From Pseudomonadota bacterium (GTDB lineage Bacteria; Pseudomonadota; Alphaproteobacteria; SHVP01): DNA of 64,000 nucleotides. Numbering within the stretch: the stretch's first letter is position 1; each line of letters opens with the position of its first letter. The notes under the pieces were generated by a model. That model ran no database searches and had not been told where the DNA came from. It was given only the letters and a program-made list of their open reading frames with translations. Both the position numbers and the translations under genes were made by a program. Shown here piece by piece: positions 1 to 8,893 of this stretch. The stretch lies in NCBI GenBank assembly GCA_027622715.1, contig JAQBYN010000014.1:15272-79271 (forward strand), read 5' to 3'.

Positions 1-550
1 CGTCATGCGGCGGCGAGGTGAAGATCGCGTTGTCCACCATGTATTCCCAGAAGCCGGTAAAAACGCGGCGCTCGACAACGATCGCGCCGAGAACCTTGTC
101 GGCGCCACCGCTGCCGACGACTAAGACGCGGTCGCGTTCGGCGAGGTCGCCCGATGCGCCCATCCGCAGCGGCCTGATGCCCAGCGGTGTGAGGGCGCGC
201 ACCAGACCAAATCCGGTGTCGTAGTCGTAGGCGACGTATTCGGCGCCGACCGTGCGCCCGTCGTTGGCGTGGAGTTCGATCTCTGTCGCTTCGAGGATCA
301 GGTAGCCGATGGTGAGAATCAGGCCGTTGTCGTCGATGACGATGCCATGCCCGGACCTGTGGGTACCCAGGCCGGACGCGGTTGCCGCGTCGCGTGGTAT
401 TCGCGACTCCAAGCGCACAACAGCATCAAGAATGTCGGCGCTCGAGGTGCGTTCCTGTGCCATCGCCCGCGGCGGCGCCATCGCCGCGACCGCAAGGGCG
501 ACAATAACTGCGGAGAGCCAGGCAAATCTCGGCGTGACGTTTCTTGTCAT
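1..550 (-). CDS. Trypsin-like (S1C/DegP-like) peptidase-domain protein, N-terminal part only; the 3' end runs off the window
   Basis: My own minus-strand translation from ATG at 548-550 gives a signal peptide MTRNVTPRFAWLSAVIVALAVAAMAPPRAMAQE. It is followed by GHGIVIDDNGLILTIGYLI...DGRTVGAEYVAYDYDTGFGLVRA...GASGDLAERDRVLVVGSGG, which fits the S1C peptidase layout (GSGFII..G.ILTNxHV / DLAL / GD..L..GD.V.AIG). The frame is open to position 1. It is not in the ORF track because it lacks an in-window stop. Confidence 0.5.
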   Translation of the reverse strand, partial: MTRNVTPRFAWLSAVIVALAVAAMAPPRAMAQERTSSADILDAVVRLESRIPRDAATASGLGTHRSGHGIVIDDNGLILTIGYLILEATEIELHANDGRTVGAEYVAYDYDTGFGLVRALTPLGIRPLRMGASGDLAERDRVLVVGSGGADKVLGAIVVERRVFTGFWEYMVDNAIFTSPPHD

Positions 551-688
551 TCCTGCGACCTCATGGGCGATCCATACGTGATCCTATGACGAGCCGACCC
601 TGTTGCGCCATCATCGACCCCCACGCCACCCACAAGTTGTTGTGATAGCCTGTAACTTCGCGAAGCCAAACGACGATGGAGGCGTGTC

Positions 689-2368
689 ATGCCAGCTCAG
701 ATCAAACGACGATTCATGTCGGTCGGTAACCGTGCCGTTCATTACCGGCGTGCCGGTAGCGGTCCACCGGTCGTCCTGATTCATGCCTCGCCGGCATCAT
801 CGCGGGCGGTGATCCCGTTAATCGACACGCTGTCAGGGTCGCACACGGTCTTTGCGTTCGACTCGCCCGGATTTGGCGAAACCGATCCGCTCGGCGTTGC
901 GAAGGTCAACATCGAGAAGATTGCCACGGCCTATGCCGCTGCACTTGATACCTTGAAGATGCCGCGTTGTGCGCTCTACGGCACCCATACCGGCGCATGT
1001 ATCGCGCTCGAGTTGGCGCGGCGCTTTCCCAAAAAGTTCACCGGCGTCGTATTAGATGGTGTACCGATTTTTGGCGCGGCCGACACCCGCGACATTCTCA
1101 GGAATTATCTGCCTCCGTTCCGCGCGTTGTGGGATGGCAGCCATTTACCCGGGCACTGGTCCCGCATGCGCGACCAAGTCCTGTGGTTTCCGTGGTACCG
1201 TCGCACGGCCGCGGCGCGCAGCGATCGCGCCTTTTCCACGCCCGATCAACTTCATGCATCGATCATGGATTTCTTCCGTTCGGGCGATGCCTACCGCAAG
1301 GGCTATGGCGCGGCGTTTACCTACAACGTCGGCGCCGCGGCCCGCGCTCTCACAATTCCAGCGACATTCATGGCGCGCGACGACGACATGCTCTATCCGC
1401 ATCTCGATCTCTTGCCAAAGCTGCGGCGCAGTCAGGTGATCGAACGTCACGGTCGCCACGGCTATCTCAAAGAGCAGGCCCGGGTGATCAAAGGGTACGT
1501 TCGCAAAGCCAAGCCGCCAGCCGACCCGGCATTGGCGCCCATCGCCGGTCGCATCAATCGCCGGTACATCGACTTGCCCAAGGGGCAAGTGCTGGTCCGG
1601 TCCGCCGGGGAGGGGCAGGGTGGTCGCCCCCTCGTTCTGATCCACGACGGGCGGTGGTCGTCTCACATGTTCGGGCCGTTGATGACGGCGTTGTCGAGGC
1701 GTCGGCCGGTTTACGCATTCGATCTGCCGGGCAACGGCGATTCGGATGGGCCGGCCAAAGCGCGCCCGACCGTAGCTGATTTCGCCAAAGACGCCGCCGC
1801 CGTGGCCGGCAAACTCGGTCTCAAGAAGTATGACCTGTACGGCAAGCAAAGCGGCGCGTCGGTCGCGGCAGAAATAGCGGCCCTGCATCCCGCCCGGGTC
1901 GGCAAGTTGATCCTCGACGGCGTCATTCTGTTTTCGGCAGCTGAGCGAAAACGTCTCGCCGCGCATTACACACCACCGATCGAGGTGACCTGGGACGGCG
2001 CCCATCTGTTCAAGACCTGGTTGATGTTGCGCGACGAGCTTGTGTTCTGGCCGTGGTATGCGCGCGACGGCAAGCATGCGCGCGCAATTGACGGCAACTT
2101 CGATGCACCGTGGTTGCACGGTCGCGTCGTCGAGGTTCTCAAGAGCAAGGGCACCTATCACCTGCTCACCCAGGCCGCCTTGAAGCACGATATCGCGCGC
2201 ACCCTGACCCGCCTGAAACCGACGACACTGATCGTCGGTGAGGCGTCTGACCCGCTCGCGCGCTACGCAGGAAAGGCGGCACGCCTGTTGCCGAACGGCA
2301 GCCAGACCTTGTTGCCGCCGGAAACGGGCGGGCAAGCCGCGACCCTCTCCAAGTTTCTCGACTTTTAG
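689..2368 (+). CDS. Two-domain alpha/beta-hydrolase fold protein (internal tandem duplication)
   Basis: 559-aa ORF. Residues ~15-270 and ~290-559 are clearly homologous to each other (VVLIHASPASS/LVLIHDGRWSS, FDSPGFGETD/FDLPGNGDSD, LYGTHTGACIALELA/LYGKQSGASVAAEIA, LDGVPIFGA/LDGVILFSA, WDGSHL/WDGAHL, WFPWY/FWPWY). Confidence 0.7.
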   Translation: MPAQIKRRFMSVGNRAVHYRRAGSGPPVVLIHASPASSRAVIPLIDTLSGSHTVFAFDSPGFGETDPLGVAKVNIEKIATAYAAALDTLKMPRCALYGTHTGACIALELARRFPKKFTGVVLDGVPIFGAADTRDILRNYLPPFRALWDGSHLPGHWSRMRDQVLWFPWYRRTAAARSDRAFSTPDQLHASIMDFFRSGDAYRKGYGAAFTYNVGAAARALTIPATFMARDDDMLYPHLDLLPKLRRSQVIERHGRHGYLKEQARVIKGYVRKAKPPADPALAPIAGRINRRYIDLPKGQVLVRSAGEGQGGRPLVLIHDGRWSSHMFGPLMTALSRRRPVYAFDLPGNGDSDGPAKARPTVADFAKDAAAVAGKLGLKKYDLYGKQSGASVAAEIAALHPARVGKLILDGVILFSAAERKRLAAHYTPPIEVTWDGAHLFKTWLMLRDELVFWPWYARDGKHARAIDGNFDAPWLHGRVVEVLKSKGTYHLLTQAALKHDIARTLTRLKPTTLIVGEASDPLARYAGKAARLLPNGSQTLLPPETGGQAATLSKFLDF

Positions 2369-2381
2369 AGAGGGGAAGTCT

Positions 2382-3236
2382 GTGACGATCGAAATTCGCT
2401 CGCTCCACGATTCGTTTGGCGCGGAAGTCATCGGCGTGGATCTTTCGCGACCGCTGGACGCGGAAGAATTCGCCACCGTCCACCGCGCCCATCTCGACCA
2501 CGGCATCATTCTGTTTCGCGACCAAGAGCTGACGCCCGCGCAGCACAAAGCCTTCAGCCGCCGCTTCGGGCCGCCGGAGATTCACGTCGTCTCGTGGTAC
2601 CGCTTACCCGACCATCCCGAAATCATTGTGGTCTCCAACAAGAAAGGCGCCGAGGGCAAGCCGCTCGGCCTGGAAGATGCTGGCCGCTACTGGCACAGCG
2701 ATATGTCCTACTTGCCCACGCCTGCGCTCGGCTCAATCCTCTACGCGGTAGAAGTGCCGCCGACTGGCGGCGCCACGATGTTCGCCAGCATGCATGCGGC
2801 GTTCGACGCGTTGACGCCCGAGCGCAAAGAATCGCTCTCCAAGATGCGCGCGGTCCACCATTTCGGCAGCCGCTGGTACCGCGAGAAAGACAAGGCAGGC
2901 ATCCGCCCGCCGATGACCAAAGAGGAAGAAGAAAAAACCCCGCCGGTCGATCATCCAATCATCCGCACCCATCCCGAGAATGGCCGCAAGTCCATCTACA
3001 CCGGCGGCTTCACCATGGGTGTCGTCGGCATGGCGCAAGATGAGGCCCTAGAATTTCTCGACGACCTCGACGCATTCATGACCCAACCGCAGTTCGTCTA
3101 CACCCACGAATGGCGCGCCGGCGACGTCGTGTTCTGGGACAACCGCTGCACGATGCATCACGCCACGGTCTACGACGCCCAAAAGCACACCCGTCACATG
3201 CATCGCACCACGATCAAGGGCGACAAGCCGTTCTAG
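2382..3236 (+). CDS. TauD/TfdA-family Fe(II)/2-oxoglutarate-dependent dioxygenase
   Basis: ORF 2238..3236 is trimmed to the GTG at 2382 (VTIEIRSLHDSFGAEVIGVDLSRPLD...), which is preceded by agaggggaag. The WHSDMSY (HxD) and C-terminal His motifs are typical of taurine/alpha-KG dioxygenases. The trimmed start avoids overlap with the upstream hydrolase. Confidence 0.75.
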   Translation: MTIEIRSLHDSFGAEVIGVDLSRPLDAEEFATVHRAHLDHGIILFRDQELTPAQHKAFSRRFGPPEIHVVSWYRLPDHPEIIVVSNKKGAEGKPLGLEDAGRYWHSDMSYLPTPALGSILYAVEVPPTGGATMFASMHAAFDALTPERKESLSKMRAVHHFGSRWYREKDKAGIRPPMTKEEEEKTPPVDHPIIRTHPENGRKSIYTGGFTMGVVGMAQDEALEFLDDLDAFMTQPQFVYTHEWRAGDVVFWDNRCTMHHATVYDAQKHTRHMHRTTIKGDKPF

Positions 3237-3243
3237 CTGATGC

Positions 3244-3747
3244 TTACAGCCACCGCCGCACGCGTCCCTTGTAGTCGCGGTAGGCCACGCCGAACTTGCC
3301 CTCAAGATAACGTTCCTCGCGCCTGATCACTCCGTAGTGCATCACCACCAGCACGAGCGGGAGCAGCAGAATGACCCACCCAGAATTAACGGCAAAGGCC
3401 AGCCCGAGGTAGAACGCCGTCAGACCCAAGTAGATCGGATTGCGCGAAAACCGGTACACCCCATCGGTCACCATTGTCGTGCTCGGTTTGTGCGGCTGCA
3501 CGGCGGTCCCGGCCCGGCGAAACCGCGTCGTGCCGCCGCCGGCCAGTATCAGGCCGATAAGGATCAAAACCCCGGCGACAATCCAGCGGGCGGGGGCGTC
3601 GACGAGGGGGATTGGTATAAATTGGTCGATCAGCGCGCCGGCAACCAGTCCGCCCGCGTATACGAGCGGTGGCGGCATCACAACGCCGGGGTGATCGGCA
3701 TGGGCCGCGGCGGGGGCGGGTTGTTTGTTTCCGTCGGGGGTGGTCAT
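3244..3747 (-). CDS. Isoprenylcysteine carboxyl methyltransferase (ICMT)/PEMT-family membrane methyltransferase
   Basis: C-terminal RFSRNPIYLGLTAFYLGLAFAVNSGWVILLLPLVLVVMHYGVIRREERYLEGKFGVAYRDYKGRVRRWL is the ICMT-family signature. Several TM helices. Start is set at the internal Met (MTTPDGN) to avoid overlap with the upstream gene. Confidence 0.7.
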   Translation of the reverse strand: MTTPDGNKQPAPAAAHADHPGVVMPPPLVYAGGLVAGALIDQFIPIPLVDAPARWIVAGVLILIGLILAGGGTTRFRRAGTAVQPHKPSTTMVTDGVYRFSRNPIYLGLTAFYLGLAFAVNSGWVILLLPLVLVVMHYGVIRREERYLEGKFGVAYRDYKGRVRRWL

Positions 3748-3827
3748 CGGGTCCTCCAGTCTCAACAGGTCGTACCGACAGATGTTGTCATCAAGGCAAG
3801 CTGCGCCATGGCCGGGACGAACGATCG

Positions 3828-4550
3828 CTAATCGGTGGAAAACTCGACGAGGTCGTAATCCGACTCGAGCAAATCCCACCGCACCTTCACCGGAATCAGG
3901 TCCGGGCCGCTGTTCCATAGTTCGATCGGCGGGAACTCTTCAAAGTGCCAACGGAACCGGCGGCACGCGAAGGTGCCGGCCTCGACCGTGACGCTTTCTT
4001 CGCCAATGAACTCAAAGACGCCATGCCGCGCTGCCATGATCGGGCCCGATGCCCCGTTGGGAAGCGGCGAGGTACTAACCATCAGGAACTTCTGGATCGC
4101 CGGGCCGGCTGGATCGAAATGGGCAGGCTTCATCGCATCGCCGCTGACCGGGTGGCCGCCAAAAATGCAAACCGGTTCGTCGAAGGTCATGGATTGATGC
4201 AACCGTCCAGCGCCGCGGGTCCACGAGTCACAGGTCACCTTCTGGCCATCGATCAGGAACCAAGCCGCCCCCTCGAAGGCGCCACCCACGCTCAAACGGA
4301 CATAGGCGTCTCTCGGGTACCACCGCGAATCCAGCGTGGAGACGACGTCACGGAGCACCCCATCTTCGTCCATCTCACAGTGGGCCCGGTGCGTCCGCGT
4401 GCCGTCCGGCTGAACGGTGACCGTGAACCACTCGCGGCCGGTTTCACCCTTGGTATCGTGCCGGTAGGACAGCTTTCCCCGTAGGGTGCGATGGCGCATG
4501 CTGTGCACACTAGATGAGCGGGCGCCGGTCGGGGAGTGGCATCCAAGCAA
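3828..4550 (-). CDS. Hypothetical protein (no recognisable family); the track start codon is TTG, an ATG alternative lies at 4499
   Basis: 240-aa ORF with balanced, non-shadow-like composition (W/F/Y/D/E-rich: EWFTVTVQPDGTRTHRAHCEMDEDGVLRDVV...). Divergent from the ECF sigma gene and upstream of the ICMT-like gene on the same strand. Confidence 0.45.
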   Translation of the reverse strand: MLGCHSPTGARSSSVHSMRHRTLRGKLSYRHDTKGETGREWFTVTVQPDGTRTHRAHCEMDEDGVLRDVVSTLDSRWYPRDAYVRLSVGGAFEGAAWFLIDGQKVTCDSWTRGAGRLHQSMTFDEPVCIFGGHPVSGDAMKPAHFDPAGPAIQKFLMVSTSPLPNGASGPIMAARHGVFEFIGEESVTVEAGTFACRRFRWHFEEFPPIELWNSGPDLIPVKVRWDLLESDYDLVEFSTD

Positions 4551-4672
4551 TGGTCGGGAATATCGTCCGCTGTCAGGCGTTTACCTCCCAATAGCCAAAA
4601 CCGGTTCGCGCTAACAGATTACTTGATAAAACAGTTATAACTCTTTGTTTTAATTGGATTAGGCGCTGACAG

Positions 4673-5188
4673 GTGCAAGAGAAAGACCGACTTATAATTG
4701 AGCAGATTCCGCGTCTGCGGCGCTATGCGCGGGCGCTAACCGGCAACGCGAATGCCGCCGAGGATCTCGTTCAAGACTGTTTGGAGCGCTCCTGGAACAA
4801 GTTCCACCTGTGGCAGCGCGGCAGCAACATGCGCGCCTGGATGTTCACGATCATGCACAACATTCACGTTAATCAGGTTCGAAAAGCGATCAGCCGACCT
4901 ACCGTTGTATCGCTGGCTGAGTGGACCGACGACCGCGGCGTCAAGCCAGTGCAGGAAAAGCGCGTCGAAGTCCGCAACGTTGGCGCGGCGTTGGAACTCT
5001 TGCCCGAAGAGCAGCGCGCGGTCGTCCTGCTCATCGGCTTGGAAGAACTGAGCTACCTGGAAGTCGCAAAGGTCCTCGACATTCCTATTGGCACGGTGAT
5101 GTCGCGGCTATCGCGGGGACGCGAGCGCCTGCGCCAAATGCTTTCGGATGTCGGCGTCGAGCCAAAGGAAACGGTGACTGAGACATGA
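4673..5188 (+). CDS. ECF (group IV) RNA polymerase sigma factor
   Basis: 171 aa. Region 2 (LVQDCLERSWNKFHLWQRGSNMRAWMFTIMHNIHVNQVRK) and region 4 HTH (LSYLEVAKVLDIPIGTVMSRLSRGRERLRQ) are both present. Confidence 0.85.
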   Translation: MQEKDRLIIEQIPRLRRYARALTGNANAAEDLVQDCLERSWNKFHLWQRGSNMRAWMFTIMHNIHVNQVRKAISRPTVVSLAEWTDDRGVKPVQEKRVEVRNVGAALELLPEEQRAVVLLIGLEELSYLEVAKVLDIPIGTVMSRLSRGRERLRQMLSDVGVEPKETVTET

Positions 5189-5946
5189 CCCAAACACCGA
5201 TCACTGACATCGATCTGCACGCCTATGTGGACGGTCAGGTCGATGCGACCCGGCGCGCCGAGATCGAGGCACACCTCGCAGCGAACCAAGCCGCGGCTGC
5301 AACAGTGCGCGAATATCGCCGCCTCAATCGGCGTCTTCACGAAGAATTCGACGATGTTCTCAACGAGCCGGTGCCGCACGCGATGATCCGCGTGTCGCGC
5401 CGCCAGCCGTTCGACGTGATCCGCCGGATCGCGGCCGTCCTCGTCCTGGTTGTAGTGGGGGGCGCGGGGGGGTGGGTGCTCAACGATCTCTCCGCCGCGC
5501 AAGGCGACCCGGTCGCCGCGGCGTTCCCTGAGCGGGCCGGGATCGTGCATGCGATTTATTCGGCTGAACGCCGTCATGCGGTCGAGGTCGCCTCGGACGA
5601 ACGACCGCACCTGGTCGCCTGGCTGACCAACCGGCTCGGCACCGACGTCAAACTGCCCGATCTGACAGAGGCGGGATTCCAATTGGTCGGTGGTCGCTTG
5701 CTTCCCGGCGAGTCCAAGCCGGCGGCCCATTTCCTCTACGAGGACGTCGAAGGCCGCCGGGTGACCTTGTATATGCGCCACGGCGATACCGGCAGGGGCG
5801 ACACGAGATTCTCCTTCGCTGATGAAAATGGCGTCGGGGTCTATTACTGGATTAACGGCCAGACCGGCTACGCGCTGGCTGCCAGCCTTGAGCGCGAAGA
5901 CCTGCTGAAGGTCGCCAAGATCGTCTACCACCAACTTGGCGGTTAG
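5185..5946 (+). CDS. Membrane anti-sigma factor (ZAS-like N-terminal domain without the Cys ligands, one TM helix, periplasmic domain)
   Basis: ATGA overlap with the sigma gene stop. N-terminus LHAYVDGQVDATRRAEIEAHLAANQAAA matches the anti-sigma HxxxCxxC region, but Cys is replaced. TM helix IAAVLVLVVVGGAGGWVL. Confidence 0.7.
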   Translation: MTQTPITDIDLHAYVDGQVDATRRAEIEAHLAANQAAAATVREYRRLNRRLHEEFDDVLNEPVPHAMIRVSRRQPFDVIRRIAAVLVLVVVGGAGGWVLNDLSAAQGDPVAAAFPERAGIVHAIYSAERRHAVEVASDERPHLVAWLTNRLGTDVKLPDLTEAGFQLVGGRLLPGESKPAAHFLYEDVEGRRVTLYMRHGDTGRGDTRFSFADENGVGVYYWINGQTGYALAASLEREDLLKVAKIVYHQLGG

Positions 5947-5989
5947 GCCGGCGGTTGAGTTTGACCTCACGCCGTTCTATTAGGACGCC

Positions 5990-6796
5990 GTGCTCTTCTG
6001 GCTATCCAAGACCTTCTGGATCATCGCCGCGCCAGCCAATCTCGCGCTGATCGTCGCAGTATTAGGTGTCCTATTGCTGTGGACGCCCTGGCGGGTCCTC
6101 GGTCGAAATCTGGCGGCACTCGGGATCACTGTTCTCGTCGTTTTCGCTGTATTGCCAATCGGAAGCTGGTTGGCGTTACCGCTCGAAAACCGGTTTGGGA
6201 CGCCCGACCCGATGCCTGAGCGCCTGACCGGCATCATCGTTCTCGGCGGATCCGAAAACGTCTCTCAAACCCGTCTCCGCGGCATCGTCGCCGTCAACGG
6301 CGCAGCCGATCGTCTTATTGCATTTGGCGATCTTGCCCGGCGCTACCCTGAAGCACGGCTCGTCTATGCCGGGGGCAGCGGCTCGTTGCGGCCGGGCGCG
6401 CTTCGCGAAGCAGATGTGGCGCGGCAGGCGCTCCAAATCATGGGCGTCGATACCGACCGGGTAGTGTTCGAGCGTGAGTCGCGGAATACGTATGAGAATG
6501 CCCGCAACCTCAAACCGATGGTCATGCCGACGACGGGCGACACCTGGTTGTTGGTGACGTCGGCTCTTTACATGCCCCGTGCGGTTGGCGTTTTTCGAAA
6601 AGCCGATTGGCCGGTGCTGCCGTATCCGGTGGACCATAGCCAGGGGTTTGGCCCGCCTCGATTATCGCTGGATTGGGATTTAGCCGGTCGCGCGGGCTCG
6701 GCCCAGCAAGCGATGCGTGAATGGATTGGTTTGGTCGTATACCGTGTGCTTGGGCGAACCAGCGCGGTCCTTCCAGACTCGGCGTCGGACCAATAA
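5990..6796 (+). CDS. DUF218 (YdcF/ElyC/SanA-like) membrane-anchored protein
   Basis: N-terminal TM helices then GIIVLGGSEN...LVYAGGSG...ESRNTYENARNL...LLVTSALYMPRAVGVF, typical of DUF218. Confidence 0.65.
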   Translation: MLFWLSKTFWIIAAPANLALIVAVLGVLLLWTPWRVLGRNLAALGITVLVVFAVLPIGSWLALPLENRFGTPDPMPERLTGIIVLGGSENVSQTRLRGIVAVNGAADRLIAFGDLARRYPEARLVYAGGSGSLRPGALREADVARQALQIMGVDTDRVVFERESRNTYENARNLKPMVMPTTGDTWLLVTSALYMPRAVGVFRKADWPVLPYPVDHSQGFGPPRLSLDWDLAGRAGSAQQAMREWIGLVVYRVLGRTSAVLPDSASDQ

Positions 6797-6813
6797 AGAA
6801 CAAGGAGCACAGC

Positions 6814-7815
6814 GTGCGGCGAATTGGAGCGCTACTTGGTGTTATCGTGTGGCTCTCGTCGGCAGCGGCGTGGGCCGCCGACGACGATCCGGTCACTTTT
6901 GACCTCGTTAAGTGGCAGTCGTGGCTTAGCGAGGTTCGGGTTGAGGCCGCCAGCAAAGGCATACGGCCTGCCATCGTCGATGATGCTTTGACGGGTCTTG
7001 ATCCAATCCCTCGGGTTATCGAACTGGACCGCCGCCAGCCGGAATTCACACTGACATTCGATCAATACGTCACCCGCGTCGCGTCGGCAGCGCGCGCGCA
7101 AAAGGGGCGGCAGCTCCTCGCTGAAAACAAGCCGCTCCTCGACGCGGTCGGCCAGAAGATTGGGGTGCAGCCGCGCTTCGTCGTCGCATTGTGGGGAATT
7201 GAGACCGATTTCGGTCGGCTGACAGGCGGGTTCAACGTTGTAAACGCCCTTGCCACGCTGGCGTTCGATGGCCGGCGCAGCGCCTATTTCCGCAAAGAGC
7301 TGTTTAACGCGCTGCAAATTCTGAATGAGGGGCATATCGACGCGAAAAGCATGACGGGATCGTGGGCCGGTGCCATGGGGCAGGCGCAATTCATGCCCTC
7401 CAGTTTTGTGAACTTTGCGATCGACTATGACAATGACGGGCGGCGCGACATTTGGACAACGCCGGCGGATGTCTTCGGGTCAGCCGCCAACTACCTAAAG
7501 CAAGTTGGGTGGAAGGACGATGAAACCTGGGGTCGCGAGGTGCGCTTGCCCGCCGACTTTGACGCGACCCTCGCAGAATCCAAGGCGATCAAGCGCACCG
7601 CCGATTGGCAAGCGCTGGGAGTCCGTAACCTGGACGGCAGCAGCCTGCCAGCGCGCCAACTCAATGCCCAAATCGTCATTCCGGACGGGCCGGACCGGCC
7701 GGGTGGCCGGGCGTTCATGGTTTACGACAACTTCCGAGCGACGCTGCGCTGGAACCGATCAAATTATTTTGCCCTCGCGGTCGGGTTGCTCTCGGATCGG
7801 ATTGGCGCTAACTAA
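6814..7815 (+). CDS. mltB: Lytic murein transglycosylase (MltB family)
   Basis: GTG start after caaggagcac. Signal peptide, then GVQPRFVVALWGIETDFGRLTGGF and AGAMGQAQFMPSSF motifs of MltB-type lytic transglycosylases. Confidence 0.8.
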   Translation: MRRIGALLGVIVWLSSAAAWAADDDPVTFDLVKWQSWLSEVRVEAASKGIRPAIVDDALTGLDPIPRVIELDRRQPEFTLTFDQYVTRVASAARAQKGRQLLAENKPLLDAVGQKIGVQPRFVVALWGIETDFGRLTGGFNVVNALATLAFDGRRSAYFRKELFNALQILNEGHIDAKSMTGSWAGAMGQAQFMPSSFVNFAIDYDNDGRRDIWTTPADVFGSAANYLKQVGWKDDETWGREVRLPADFDATLAESKAIKRTADWQALGVRNLDGSSLPARQLNAQIVIPDGPDRPGGRAFMVYDNFRATLRWNRSNYFALAVGLLSDRIGAN

Positions 7816-7861
7816 GACAGGCGAACCATATCCTGAGCCTGACGGAGCGAAAACACACAAC

Positions 7862-8818
7862 ATGATGGGGTGGGCGCGCGCTGCCCGCGGGACCGCCGCG
7901 GTCTTAACGCTACTTGCTGTGAGCGCTTGTGCGCAGACCCAGCTCGCGGTTCACGCGATCAAAGAAGTTCAAAAAAGAGGCGCGACCGAGGATGCCGTCG
8001 CTGGCATAGCGCCTAATGGTGTGCCGATCGGACCCGGCGGCGTCTACAAGGTTGGCACACCCTATGTGATCAAGGGGGTGCGCTATTTCCCGGAGGAAGA
8101 CAGCGACTATAACGAAACCGGAATCGCGTCATGGTACGGACCGGGCTTTCACACCAAACAGACGGCCAACGGCGAAACCTACGATGAGAACGCGCTGACA
8201 GCGGCGCATAAAACGCTGCCACTACCGAGTTACGTGCGCGTCACCAATCTCGAGAACGGTCGCGCTTTGGTTTTGAGAGTTAACGACCGCGGGCCCTACG
8301 CGCACGGGCGAATCATCGACGTGTCGCGGCGCGGGGCCCAACTGCTAGGTTTTGAAAACCATGGCACCGCGAAAGTCCGGGTTCGTATTGTCGATCAAAG
8401 TTCGACTGGTTTCGTCGCAGGCCGACCGGTGACCACACAAGAAGAGCGCGACGCCGTAACCGCGGTGCCTGTCGCGTCCGTCGAATCGCGGCAGTTGGCG
8501 GCGCTTCCAGGTGTTGCTACTGCGCTGGCGCCTGTCGCGACCGTAGCACCACCGCCCCAGGTCGCCCTGGAAGCGGTCGGCCCGACGGATATTTATGTCC
8601 AGGCGGGCGCGTTCACCTTGTATGACAATGCAAACCAGCTCGCGGCGCGCCTGTTCTCTTTTGGTGAACCAACGATTCAATCGACGATCGTCAATGAGAT
8701 CGAATTCTTTCGTGTACGAATTGGTCCGCTGGCGTCGATCCAACAGGCCGATCAAGTGCTCGAAGACATGATCGGATCGGGGTTCCCGGAATCTCGGATT
8801 GTCATCGGACCCCGCTAG
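7862..8818 (+). CDS. rlpA: Septal ring lytic transglycosylase RlpA (DPBB domain plus C-terminal SPOR domain), lipoprotein
   Basis: Signal peptide with lipobox LLAVSAC. GIASWYGPGFHTKQTANGETYDENALTAAHKTLPLPSYVRVTNLENGRALVLRVNDRGPY is the RlpA double-psi beta-barrel. The C-terminal ...IYVQAGAFTLYDNANQLAARL...FFRVRIGP is a SPOR domain. Confidence 0.8.
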   Translation: MMGWARAARGTAAVLTLLAVSACAQTQLAVHAIKEVQKRGATEDAVAGIAPNGVPIGPGGVYKVGTPYVIKGVRYFPEEDSDYNETGIASWYGPGFHTKQTANGETYDENALTAAHKTLPLPSYVRVTNLENGRALVLRVNDRGPYAHGRIIDVSRRGAQLLGFENHGTAKVRVRIVDQSSTGFVAGRPVTTQEERDAVTAVPVASVESRQLAALPGVATALAPVATVAPPPQVALEAVGPTDIYVQAGAFTLYDNANQLAARLFSFGEPTIQSTIVNEIEFFRVRIGPLASIQQADQVLEDMIGSGFPESRIVIGPR

Positions 8819-8893
8819 TCCGGTGCCTTCGAATCGACTTATTCGCGTATATGCTAAGCAGCACCACCGCACTCGACGCAACAGGCGAGAACC

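Noticed and set aside
2238-2381. Upstream extension of the TauD ORF (track start 2238)
   Set aside because: It overlaps the 3' end of the hydrolase gene by 130 bp and has an Arg-rich, non-protein-like translation. The GTG at 2382 with an upstream purine-rich stretch is the more plausible start.
1145-2548. Long antisense or alternative-frame ORFs throughout (for example 1145..2548 -, 18005..19384 +, 36918..37655 +, 45447..46391 +, 52462..53424 +, 62071..63168 +)
   Set aside because: They overlap confidently identified genes and have Arg/Ala/Gly/Pro-rich low-complexity translations typical of GC-rich shadow frames. No motifs.
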